From Mytilus trossulus (lineage: Eukaryota), in assembly GCF_036588685.1 (NCBI RefSeq), contig NC_086379.1, positions 58,032,001-58,096,000 on the forward strand: 64,000 bases of DNA, written 5' to 3'. Below are positions 1 through 11,126 of the stretch, in pieces. The notes below the pieces were generated by a model. That model had not been told where the DNA came from. It was given only the letters and a program-made list of their open reading frames with translations, and ran no database searches. The position numbers were made by a program, and so were the translations under genes. How positions within the stretch are numbered: the stretch's first letter is position 1; each line of letters opens with the position of its first letter.

Positions 1-517
1 TACATAAGACTCATCAGTGACGCTCAGATCAAAATAGTTAAAAAGCCAAATAAATACAAAGTTTAAGAGCATTGAGGATCCAAAATTCCAAAAAGTTGTG
101 CCAAATACGGCTAAGGTAATCTACTCCTGGGGTAAGAAAATCCTTAGTTTTCGAAAAATTCAAAGTTTAGTAAACAGAAAATTTACAAAAAATGACCATA
201 TAATTGATATTCATGTCAACACCGAAGTGCTGACTACTGGGCTGGTGATACCCTCGGGGACGAAACGTCCACCAGCAGTGGCATCGACCCAGTGGTGTAA
301 ATAGTTATCAAAATTACCAGGATTATAATTTTATACGCCAGACGCGCGTTTCGTCTACATAAGACTCATCAAAGCCTGGGATAAGAAAATCCTTAGTTTT
401 TCAAAAAGTTCAAAGTTTTGTATACAGGAAATTTATAAAAATTACCACATTATTGATATTCATGTCAACACCGAAGTGTTGACTACTGGGCTGGTGATAC
501 CAGCAGTGGCATCGACC
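1..517 (-). mobile_element. Retrozyme-type tandem repeat (355-bp unit plus an internally deleted partial unit) with type I hammerhead ribozyme pieces
   Basis: TACATAAGACTCATCA recurs at 1 and 356 (period 355). Minus strand gives the CTGATGA half of the ribozyme at 1-24 and the GAAACGCGCGTC-TGGCGT half at 335-371, where the core C is lost. Same family as 32027-32419. Confidence 0.85.
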
Positions 518-576
518 GTATTGAACAACAGCTTCAAACTAAACAATCCATTCAGATTGAAGCTGTTGTTCAATAC
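518..576. repeat. Perfect 20-bp inverted repeat with 19-nt spacer (hairpin)
   Basis: GTATTGAACAACAGCTTCAA (518-537) and TTGAAGCTGTTGTTCAATAC (557-576). Confidence 0.9.
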
Positions 577-1141
577 ATAATAAATCGCCTAGAGTGAAAT
601 CGAAATTATAAACAGAACTAATAAGAGTCAATAATAACTTTGTCCGTACAGCATGCATGAATACAGACAGCAATGGTAGCAGTAACCCAACTTTACATGT
701 GGTTATATCGTAAGAACGACTATCGATTAGTTAAAATATATCACATTTCCTGTCACACATACAACATGTACAACGTAGTAATAACAATAAAACAAGACGA
801 ATACATTTTAAGTACCAAAATTCAAAAAATCACTCATAACATCGACCACAACTATATATTAATATACTTATGATATTTATGTACAAGTATATGGAATATA
901 TATTATATGGAAATTGCATTGTACAATTCGGAATTTTCATACGAACGCCTAACCTTGGTTGCAACATTGTCTGACGAATACCAATCGCCGTTAGTGCATA
1001 CATTTCCTAAACGATCATTGAAGTAGAAGAGGATCTTCGTTTTCCTCGAAATTCTACCTTCTTTATTCCTGCAAAATAACCATTTGTAAGATCGTGCAAG
1101 TAAACAACCTTCTTAACAGATAAACGCATTAACTATATAAT

Positions 1142-1810
1142 CTAGCAGGTGAGTAAAAAACGCGTTATGTTGTAATAAATCAGCATGCGTAATCCAACCA
1201 TGCAAGCATGAATTATAAAACAACCAACTACTGGAGTCACATTTTTCACAAATTCCCATAGCACTTTTATAACATCCAATAATCCATAAACCACGTCAAC
1301 CACTAGGTAAACCACATAAGATATTATTACTTTTAAACAGTGATACAAATCAGTTGCAATAAGAGATAATAATTCATATAGTTGTAACAATTCATTGAAG
1401 AGTCCATCTTTTATTAAATTAGCCATTTGTAAGAGTACGTGGTAGAGTTCTTGAATAAATTTCAAAACGGAAAAAAACAGACTTAACTCCTCGTGGAAAT
1501 ATATTTCAAAACATTCAACCGCATTTTGTAAAACCGGATATATTTGTACCGAAACATGTGTTACATTGAACATCATTCCTGTTTTCTCAAAGGTGACGTT
1601 TCTCGTGGTTTGAAGTGTGTACTGAAATCCTTTGGATACTAAGGAATACATGTATCGGATGCCCATATCACCATATACTAAGAAAAATGGAACAGCGCAT
1701 GTTATAAGAAATATGATGGCCGGATTACTGATTAAAGATTCATTGGCATATTGACGTCGGTAAACCATGTCTGAAAAAGATAAAAACAAGTGTACGTATG
1801 CGTATAACAC
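1142..1810 (-). CDS. Uncharacterised hydrophobic/amphipathic-helix protein, probably a decayed intronless gene
   Basis: 222-codon open frame in AT-rich DNA. An upstream ATG at 1887 (MRIRKLFSFFTTFYPEIC) would join it only through a frameshift. No recognisable domain. Confidence 0.4.
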   Translation of the reverse strand: MLYAYVHLFLSFSDMVYRRQYANESLISNPAIIFLITCAVPFFLVYGDMGIRYMYSLVSKGFQYTLQTTRNVTFEKTGMMFNVTHVSVQIYPVLQNAVECFEIYFHEELSLFFSVLKFIQELYHVLLQMANLIKDGLFNELLQLYELLSLIATDLYHCLKVIISYVVYLVVDVVYGLLDVIKVLWEFVKNVTPVVGCFIIHACMVGLRMLIYYNITRFLLTC

Positions 1811-3000
1811 TATATAAATATGTCTAATTATATGCAGATTTCAGGATAAAAGGTTGTAAAGAACGAAAACAGTTTTCGGATTCTCATGATGAGTGTATTC
1901 ACACAATACTGCGTCAGATCTTTTTGAACGATAATAGAATGATTTAAATGAATGCTTTTGTCCGTCCATTAATTATCCCTTCCTTGATTGTAACGAAACT
2001 AATACCAATGGATGATGTACGGAAAGAGAAGAAACCTTATGATAAAAGGGTACAGCTCAAATTTTACTAATCAAAGAATTTAGTTTTGAAAGTATTCCCC
2101 TAATACGGTATTTTAGTTGAAGAGAATCTTTTTCAGTTCTTAATCAAAGGTCAATATCGTTATCATTAATATACGTTAGATATCATTCCACCATAAATTA
2201 TAACAGAATAAAACAGGTAACAAATTAACAATTGTATTACGTATTATTTTGTTCCTCTAAGCATATATTTACAACCAATTTGACCCCTTGAAATGAAAAG
2301 GGCGCTAATTTCAGTTTGTTTTGGCTGTAAAATCCAGTTAATAACCTTTTTACGATGAAAGTGAACCTGCAATCCCGTTATTTGACATTGAGTTTTTGTT
2401 TTCCTGGTTTATGTACACTCCGATCATTTTGTCGCCAAACTTAAAGAATGTTATTCGGAAAAACTTCAATCATTTAAAAAAATATCCTGTACATGATTCG
2501 AAGAAGCAAATTACTAGATGTGAAAACTTGAAGTATATTCAAAATGAATAAATAAAATATCTCGCTCTACAGAAAGTTTACAACAAATCAATGAATCTCA
2601 CAAAATACACAGGAATAAAAATCTCAATGAATGATATCCGAAGAGCGTTCAACGTGTGTTTTGATAATAACATAGTCTACTACTATAAGCGATGCTTTCT
2701 GTATTCATATATGCTCGGGTGGACAAAGAAATCCTTTAATCAGTTACAGCTGATTCTTCCTAAGTTTTCATTATAGCTTAAATAATATTCAAGTTCTTAG
2801 TCTTGGAATAAAGTATCCGAATTTGTAATTATACAACACACCATGTTGGGTAAATATTGCACCCGATTTATCATACTCCTTCTATTAAGTGTCACTGAAC
2901 TGATAATTATGTCTTCCTAAACACATCTCTTTCTTTGGGAATTTAAACAATAAAGATCAGTGAGAAAAACATACTAAAGATCATATTAGCCTTGACAGTC

Positions 3001-3138
3001 CAGGGGCGGATCCAGCCATTTCAAAAGGGGGTTCCCAACCCAGGACCAAAAACGGGGGGTTACAACTATATATCCCATTCAAATGGATTAATCGTCCAAA
3101 AAAAGGGTGGTTGAACCCTACCCCTGGATCCGCCACTG
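3001..3138. mobile_element. Short MITE with CAGGGGCGGATCCAG / CTGGATCCGCCACTG termini
   Basis: 15-bp imperfect TIRs; flanks CAGTC/AAGTC resemble a 5-bp TSD. Related element at 37802-37955. Confidence 0.75.
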
Positions 3139-3360
3139 AAGTCTAAGCTATTTTATTACTTTGTAACTATATATACTCAGATTTTCAAATAACAAACACA
3201 TGTGCATATAGTTAACCATACTTGACGTGGAAAGTATTTTGCTGGATTTAAGTTTTTCATGTCATACGAATCCTATTGTTCAGTGTCCAAGTTCAACTTT
3301 AATTACAGAGGAAGAGAGATAACTCTAGCATCCCTAATCATAAATGTGTGAGGTTTCAAT

Positions 3361-3576
3361 TTAATTACAAAGCAACATATACTTACTTAATATACGTCTT
3401 AACCAATTATATATACTGACAGATAATAAGAGAGAGATCACACGAGTTCTACAATATGGACATGTATTGTTTTGTAGATTCCATTGTATAATACAACTAT
3501 TACAAAACTTGTGACCACATGGTATACAGACTGTTTCGTCGGTGATTACGTCTTGACATATTACACAAATTTCCAT
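3361..3576 (-). CDS. Stand-alone 71-aa C3HC4 RING-finger protein
   Basis: CVIC-x11-C-x-H-x2-C-x2-C-x10-CPYC (CVICQD...IPCGHKFCNSCIIQW...TCPYCR), with the typical W and P residues; no introns within the ORF. Confidence 0.7.
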   Translation of the reverse strand: MEICVICQDVITDETVCIPCGHKFCNSCIIQWNLQNNTCPYCRTRVISLLLSVSIYNWLRRILSKYMLLCN

Positions 3577-4302
3577 AAATGGCTTTTAATGAAGCCTGAA
3601 AGAAATATATTCTCATAATGTAGAGTTATAATAAATAACTTCCATTTGAATTTAATCTAATACAATGGATCCGATAACATAATGAAATTATACCAAGTGA
3701 TCTTTTTTTCATACATGACGTCATTTCGTTTTATACTTAACCGTCCACTTTAAAATATTTACGTATGCCATTTTAGTAAGCTGTGTACGTTCAGAAGAAT
3801 ATATTACAAAATATGTTTATCAGAATTTCAGCAATGCTCAAATAGTTTCGGAATGATAAAAGGGGATAACGAATCGTAAAAGACTACAAAATGCACAGAT
3901 TGCAAAAATACATTTGAACACAAAGCATGGATACACTAAAGTTTATGTGTACTTGTAGTGCACGCCTAAAACATTTATTTGGATATACAATGCCAAGCCA
4001 TCTGAACATTAATTTTGTTGTATATCTTTGTTTATACAACTCGGAGTACGCGGTGTTTGACGGTCAGGGTACTATATCGCACTAAACTAATTCAGGGGTG
4101 ATGTCTGGTATCGGTTTAAGTAGTCTTTAAAATTAATTTAAGATGCAAATATACACTCGCTGACACACAATTCCGCTCTTAGGACAAGCATTTTAAAACA
4201 TCTGTGCATCATTTACAAATCCTTCCATTTTCTTATTTTCATGGAGTGTTTAATGCAACGCCTGGTGAGTAACCAAGAATATATCAAAGTACACAAATAG
4301 CA

Positions 4303-4612
4303 GTTTTAACCCCGCCACATTATTTATGTATGTGCCTGCCCCAAATCAGGAGCCTGTAATTCAGTGGTTGTCGTTTGTTTATGTGTTACATATTTGTTTT
4401 TCGTTCATTTTTTTACATAAATAATGCCGTTAGTTTTCTCGTTTGAATTGTTTTACATTGTCTTATCGGGGCCTTTTATAGCTGACTATGCGGTATGGGC
4501 TTTGCTCATAGTTGAAGGCCGTACGGTGACCTATAGTTGTTACTGTTTGTGTCATTTTTGTCTTTTGTGGATAGTTGTCTCATTGGCAATCATACCACAT
4601 CTTCTTTTTTAT
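4303..4612 (+). repeat. Abundant interspersed repeat (ends GTTGTCTCATTGGCAATCATACCACATCTTCTTTTTTAT)
   Basis: Near-identical to ~13740-14030; related copies at ~16312, 24228, 31995/32420, 42532 and 52500. Confidence 0.85.
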
Positions 4613-5052
4613 ATTAGTCTTAAAATTAAAAGTGGCCAAAGATACCAGAGGGACATTCTAACACATAAATCCAAAATAAACTGACAAAGCCAAGGCTAAC
4701 AAAGATAATGACAAACATACAAATAATAATACACAAGACACAACATAGAAAACTCAAGACTAAGCAATAGTAAAACAGTACGACTGGATTGTAGTAACGA
4801 CATAAGGTAGACAATAATAATCAAAACCAAGGAGTAATTAACAAAGACTCATAATACCAAAAGACATATAAAATTCCATGAAATGCAGTTTTTTTCTCTG
4901 TTATGCCTGAATCAATGGATAACGTTTTTAGTGTATAATATCATAAGAAAGTGTGATTGTCAGTTTTGTTATAGTTCTGGGACTTTCACAGAAATATTGG
5001 TCTTTAGAAATAAATAATCGCTTTTAAATATAAGCTTTAAAAAATTCAAGAC

Positions 5053-5982
5053 AGTAACAATCAAAACCCAGGAGTAAACAAAGACTCAAAAAACCAAAGG
5101 ACATTTACATTGTACATCAACAGTTATAAATAATAATTAAGAAACAACACAAACTCCACTAAAAACCGGGAGTGAATTTAGGTGCTCCGGAAGGGTAAGA
5201 ATTTCCTGCAACGTATACGGCACCCGTCGTGTTATTTCTTTGTTCAGTTCGGTAATGATGGAAGGTTATTATGACTGAGGAAGAATATCAGATATCATTT
5301 CTAACACACGTTTGTGATAATGGCCAATCAGCTCATGATGGCGACCGTAAAATTCCTTGAGTGATGACCTTAATTTGATTGATTCATAGCCCTGTCTTTA
5401 AAAGCAACTTTTTTTAGAAAGCAGTATTCCTAGTTCAACAAAATCAACGTACTTTGAGCTAGCTCTAGAGTAACGTATCAATTGAGACACATATACTCCA
5501 AATGCTTTTGCCGCCTGGATGTTGCTACACAGAATCGGAAAGTTGACTATAGGAAAATTAAAATCATCACGTTTGTCAAAAATTTTGATATTTAACCTAC
5601 CATCAGTAGTCGTCTCGAGAAAAAGGTCTAAATATGAAGCAGATTTATCTGTGTCGGTAGTATCTTTAATTTCAAGTTCACTTGGATATATTAAATGTAA
5701 ATAAACTCATCATAGATACCAGGACTAAATTTAGTCTACGCCAGACGCGCGTTTCGTCTACAAAAGACGCGCGAATCCAAAAAAGTTAAAAAGGCCAAAA
5801 TAAAGTACGAAGTCGAAGAGCATTAAGGACCAAAAGTCACTGAATCTTTTATTATTAAGAGACAGTACATCATCAATATACCGAAAGGTTAAATTAGAAT
5901 ACTGGGCTAATGTCTTTTCACCTTTCTTTACAAGCCCTTGGATAAATTCTGCTTCATAGGAATACAAAAACAAATCTGCATA
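5053..5982 (-). mobile_element. Penelope-like retroelement 3' fragment (RT palm/thumb plus 3' tail), interrupted by a retrozyme piece
   Basis: ADLFLYSYEAEFIQ...TFRYIDDVLSLNNKRFSD | YLHLIYPSELEIKDTTDTDKSASYLDL...FDKRDDFNFPIVNFP. YIDD at 5869-5880. The ORF ends after the RT with no C-terminal GIY-YIG, which fits Naiad/Hydra-type PLEs (inference). Confidence 0.8.
5701..5835 (-). mobile_element. Retrozyme fragment (second subfamily), ribozyme core deleted
   Basis: Matches 59893-60035. ACGCCAGACGCGCGTTTCGTCTAC is present, but TCATCAGTGAC is deleted between two GAC repeats. Confidence 0.8.
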
Positions 5983-6049
5983 TCCCATATCATCTGTGAA
6001 ACTATAAAAAAAAAAAAAAAAAAAAAGAAGATGTGGTATGATTACGGCT

Positions 6050-6530
6050 GTTTTGTAGCGGTCAACCAACTCGTGATGGCGTCCGAAATATTCACCATGG
6101 AATAATTTCAACTTCACCTCTTGGAACGGTTGTTTTAATGGCAACCCTCTATCAAGGAAATACAAGCCCGGTCATATCGTATCAATAGGAAGATATATAT
6201 TCTGTATGCAGCCGCTGCTGGAATGTTGCTACATAGGAATAGCAAGTTCACAATTGGAAAGCTGAAATCATCTCTTTTGTCGACAAGTTTTGGTTTCAAC
6301 CGGTCCTCATTGTCCATTCCTAGATGTATGTCAAGATATGAAGCAAACTTAACTGTATCTGTTATAATTCCTTTATCTCTTGTTCGATGTGATAGATGAG
6401 TTCAACGTAGACACCAAATTTTTAATTATTTACGAGAACATCATCAATATAGCGAAAAGTAATTTTAAAAGATATTGGTAACTTCTTTTGAATCTTTCCA
6501 AGAAGTTCCCGAATGAAGTTGGCCTCATAA
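6050..6530 (-). mobile_element. Second degenerate Penelope-like RT fragment
   Basis: TFRYIDDVL (YIDD 6440-6451) and DKRDDFSFPIVN...SNIPAAAAY...LIRYDRAC; multiple frameshifts. Confidence 0.8.
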
Positions 6531-7296
6531 GCCTTAAGAATTGGTTTTGTTATGTGTCGTTGATTCATACCCGCACCTCCTCGCATTCATATACTAGTAT
6601 TCAAAATGTCCCGAAGTAAAATGTATCTTTTACCTTTGTAATTCACACTTAATTAAATCAATGAAATAGCTTACCGATATGGGTGTCTTGAAGTCACGAC
6701 CGTTCCTACTGACTTTGATCTTTTGCTATATTTTCTGAAAATGCCATTGTGGTATGACTATATGAGGATCAATTTAAAAGAAAATATTATGTGTTGTTTA
6801 TTAAGTTGCATATATACATGTACCTGTTTGCATATATTCAAACATTGAAAAGCATATAATATCCTATTCAATTGAACTACTGTATAAACCTTTAAACTTG
6901 CATGTGTATTGAATACCTTACTTATCGAATTTATATAGTTAATCAAGTCGTGTGACGTAAATATCACATAAACGATACACTATCAGTTGACTTGACAATT
7001 AATAGTATGTGGGCAAAGTAAACTTAGTATACAATTTGAACGCTAGAAATGGACAGATGTCTCTCTTGATACAGAAATCGGGTAAAACAGTCCTGAAATG
7101 AATGCAATCTTGTTTTAAACTTATTTCGCTAAAAAGCCACATTCAATTAGTCTTTCAAACTTTAAATATACAATTTATCTTCCAGAGATCAATGCGTTCA
7201 ATAGGACTCGTTTTGAGAACAATTTGAAAACTTTGAATGTTTGTACCCAAATGTTCATACTCTAAATTCAATCTATAGTGACAATGCCAGTATGAG

Positions 7297-7386
7297 GCTG
7301 ACTTCAGGCAGGAACTTTTTAGAAATAAACAAAAGATGTTAGCAATATTCTTTAACTTTACTTTCTGCTATATAGATGATGTTCTC
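7297..7386 (+). mobile_element. Short Penelope-like RT fragment
   Basis: ADFRQELFRNKQKMLAIFFNFTFCYIDDVL, paralogous to 5860-5950. Confidence 0.65.
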
Positions 7387-7537
7387 GAACTAAACTGCAT
7401 CTTTACCCTGTAAGAACAGAACGAAGTGGAATAAACTAAAAATGTCTAATCTATCACTATCATCAAAAAGACATTGCATTATGTTGCGGTTTATCTGCCA
7501 TCATAACCGCAATGACTAAGACATAACATAAGAGTAT

Positions 7538-8140
7538 GATAAAATTGAGAATGGAAATGGGGAATGTGTTTAAGAGACAAACACCCGATCATAGAAAAAA
7601 CAACAGCAGAAGGTCTTCAATGAAGCGAGAAGTTCCCGCACCCGGAGGCGTGCTTCAGCTGGCCCCTAAACAACTATATACTAGTTCAGTGATAATGAAC
7701 TCCATACTAAACTCCAAATTATACACAAGAAACTAAAATTAAAATGATACAAGACTAACAAAGGCCAGAGGCTCCTGGATTGGGACAGGCGCAAAAATGC
7801 GGCGGGGTTAAACATGTTTATGAGATCTCAACCCTCCCCCTATACCTCTAGCCAATGTAGAAAAGTAAACGCATAACAATACGCACATTTAAATTTCAAG
7901 AGAAATCCGAGTCTGATGTCAGAAGATGTAATCAAAGAAAATAAACAAAATGATAATAATACATTAATAACAACAGACTACTAGCATTTAACTGAAATGC
8001 CTGCTCCAGGCTTCAAACTGATTGAAAGCTTATGATTTCATTATATGAATATCAGACACAATCCCGTTAGGGGTTTAGTAATATACCATCATAACATATA
8101 TGAGAAGAACATAACCCGTGTCATGACAACAACTGGGTTT
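7538..8140 (+). repeat. Interspersed repeat (ATAAAATTGAGAATGGAAATGGGGAATGTG family)
   Basis: Colinear with 23190-23675; short copies at ~15340-15450, 27120-27290 and 57665-57715. Confidence 0.75.
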
Positions 8141-8654
8141 TTTCGTGTCTTTTACTGGAAAATATCGTCAATTTTGCACGCCTTTATGACGTCTTTTACC
8201 AGATACATGTTCCGCCTGCACTCCTGTTTCAATCGTCATTCTGCAGGGTAGTACTAGTAGACAATAATTGATATTCCGCAATGACGTTATCTCAATTCCC
8301 GTACGACTAAAAAGGGTAACTAGCTTATGAGATTTTAAATACTAGTATCCAATATTCCATGCAGTTAAAGATCAAAGTTTTCCTTCCGTTATCTCGATAT
8401 GTGTAGGAAATGAGGATGTCTACATTTTTGTCACGTGTTGATGAAAGTCACATTACTGATTGAAGGGGCACTAGCTACGAGATATATCAAAATCCTAATA
8501 TATTATTTTTTTTTGGCTCAATCAGTAATGAAATACAAATAGTGAAATAATAATTCCTTTTTAGTAGTCAACCATGTTCAATTTTGTCAAAATAAGCAAA
8601 AATACATTGATTATGATTTATTCACTTGCAACTGAATACTTCGACCTCATTGAA

Positions 8655-9100
8655 GGGGTAAATTCAGTAAATAAATATACGTCATCAGGGACCGCCCATT
8701 TAGGGGAGAGCTTTCTGTATAACACTGAAGTTATATGGTCTTCTGATTGGCAGATAATGTTTGTAATAAATAATTTTTGGTAGATGGATCAAAACTAGAG
8801 TTGAAAAAAAAAAAAAAAAGGCTGACTGTACTAATTTTTTTCCCGTCAGGGTTGAAAAGTAATGGGGGTCAGTATGGGAATTCAGTGCGAATCTACATTG
8901 TTTGTAAACAAGGCCATGTGAATGCCCAAAAATGCCGCATGACCCTATGTTTTTATTGTTGCAAAAGATAGGGCTACATTTGTACTTTCATGAATGATAT
9001 ATGAAAGATTTTAATTTCTAAAGGTAAATCAGGTATAAATTTATTTTCATACATAGATTAGCATTAAAGTCAATAGGAGATTTTTTACTGAATTTACCCC
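8655..9100. mobile_element. MITE with GGGGTAAATTCAGTAAA TIRs and a TGAA duplication (Kolobok-like), nested in an older repeat
   Basis: 17-bp perfect TIRs; TGAA at 8651-8654 and 9101-9104. Confidence 0.75.
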
Positions 9101-9403
9101 TGAATCCGTATTTATGAGATAATCCCTTAGCTTGAAATAGATAACACGTGAATTGTTTGTGTAAAGTTATTTAAACGAAGAGAATGTCAACATTGAATGT
9201 GAAACCAAGTTAAATCATTTGATTGACTGATTAGATCCACAAATAAGCATTCTATTACAGGTGAGAACGATGCATTAAAATCTTAGTTTGGATAAAGTGC
9301 AACGAAAGAAAGCACTGGACATAAGAATTGTCAGATGAATAAATAATATTCTTTTTTGGAGTTGTTTTCCATTAATTTAATCGTTTCGGATATTGACTTG
9401 ATA

Positions 9404-9830
9404 TTTGCTAATGTGCTTTGTCTATATGCCTTTTGTATTTCTTTTAAACATATAATGTGGTTTTGTTCCTACATTGAATACATCCCTCATTGTGTTGTTG
9501 TACGAAGATAACTTTTGTATTCTTGTCTTTCGTTTTTGCTAATGTGCTTTGTCTATATGGCTTATTGTGTTTCTTTTAAACATATGACGTGTCTTTGTAA
9601 TTATACATCCTTCATTGTGTTGTTGCTCGCAGATAACTTTTGTATTCTTGTCTTTATTTTTGCTTATGTACTTTGTGTATACGCCTTTTTGTGATTCGTT
9701 GATATATATGACGTGGATCTGTACTTATATATCCCGTCACTGGTTATAGTGCTATTTTAAATTTTATATTCTTTCATTCTTGTTAATGGGATTTGTTTAC
9801 ATGCCTTAATTATTGTGCTTCTTTGTTACA
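9404..9830 (+). repeat. Degenerate tandem array, about 125-bp period, 3-4 units
   Basis: TTTGCTAATGTGCTTTGTCTATATG-like motif at ~9404, 9535, 9659 and 9779. Confidence 0.65.
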
Positions 9831-11126
9831 AATTTGTTTGTGTTAATCGTGATTAAGATAATAACACACTGTTGACTGCTGTACCCCTATTTGTGACATT
9901 TTCCATATTATGTCTTTGTTTTGATTACACATCATTGATAATTTACCTAGCTTTAAAACCAGGTTTTATCCAATATTTACTATTAAAAAATGTCTTACCA
10001 AATCAGGATTATGATAGTTGTTAAACATTTGTTTGATGTGTTTGGGTTTTTGATTTTGTCATCTGCTTTCCGTTCTGAATGTTTCTCGGAGTATTTTTGT
10101 GATTTAACTTTTGACTAGTGAGTTATTAAACACTCTTTAACAAGTGAAGCCTTTAATTTGTGACGCCTGCTTAGTTTTGCTCTTTTGATTCAAGTCACTG
10201 ATGAGTAATTTGAAGACTAGTAAACGCGCGTCTTTTCTAAACTATTTTAAACTTGGTTTATGTGGTGAGTTTATTTCTTACAGGGTTTGAAACAATTTGG
10301 ATGTGTTTCGCTTATATTAACGAACAAATATATTCTTTTACAGAATTTTTTAATTCATAAAATCGAAAAATAGATATCAAATTTACAATTTTACCAGGTT
10401 GGCGACTTGAGACAATGAAATATTTAGTTGTAATATCCCTTTAAGTGGAATCATTACTTCTACAAACTCTGAGATTGGAACAGTTTGTTATAGTTGTTTC
10501 CCTTTTGTAGACATTTTCGATATAAAAATAATATTATTACCTTCACCGAAATTTTAGACATTACTATGAACACGTTTACAACGAATCAATCGGAACACGA
10601 AGAAGCAACGATACATCGTCTACAAGTAAAGAAAGAATTGATAAGATGCTCCAGTATGATAAATGTACACTTACATGCATGAGGTTTTGATCCTAACACT
10701 CATTGCACAAAATAAAAATGAATAAACGACATCAACTCGGTGATTACTATTCTAAAGTAAAAATGAAGAGCTTTGGTGGTGAATAAGCGTCTTGTTTTCA
10801 TTAAGGAATGACTGTAATATTTTTTCTGTCTATAAAGAAATAACGTAAAATATGTGGTACATACTGAATAACACGCGCATCAATTATTTTATATACTTTT
10901 TTTTCCTTCTCAAACATCATCTGATTGGATTGCTAGACTCACCATTGCATGATTATTCAGCCTCGTTAATTCCAATTTAAACATGACAATACTTAAAATT
11001 AATCTCAATATATTTTCTTGACAATAATAAATAGTATGTTTTTAGTGTGGATACACAATGTATAACGTATAAGGTTATCTAAGCCTGAAGGTTATACATT
11101 AAAATTTCACTAATAATCGTTTAATA

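Noticed and set aside
98-304. 68-aa ORF within the retrozyme unit
   Set aside because: GTG start, on the strand opposite the ribozyme, and not preserved as an ORF in the 32027 copy.
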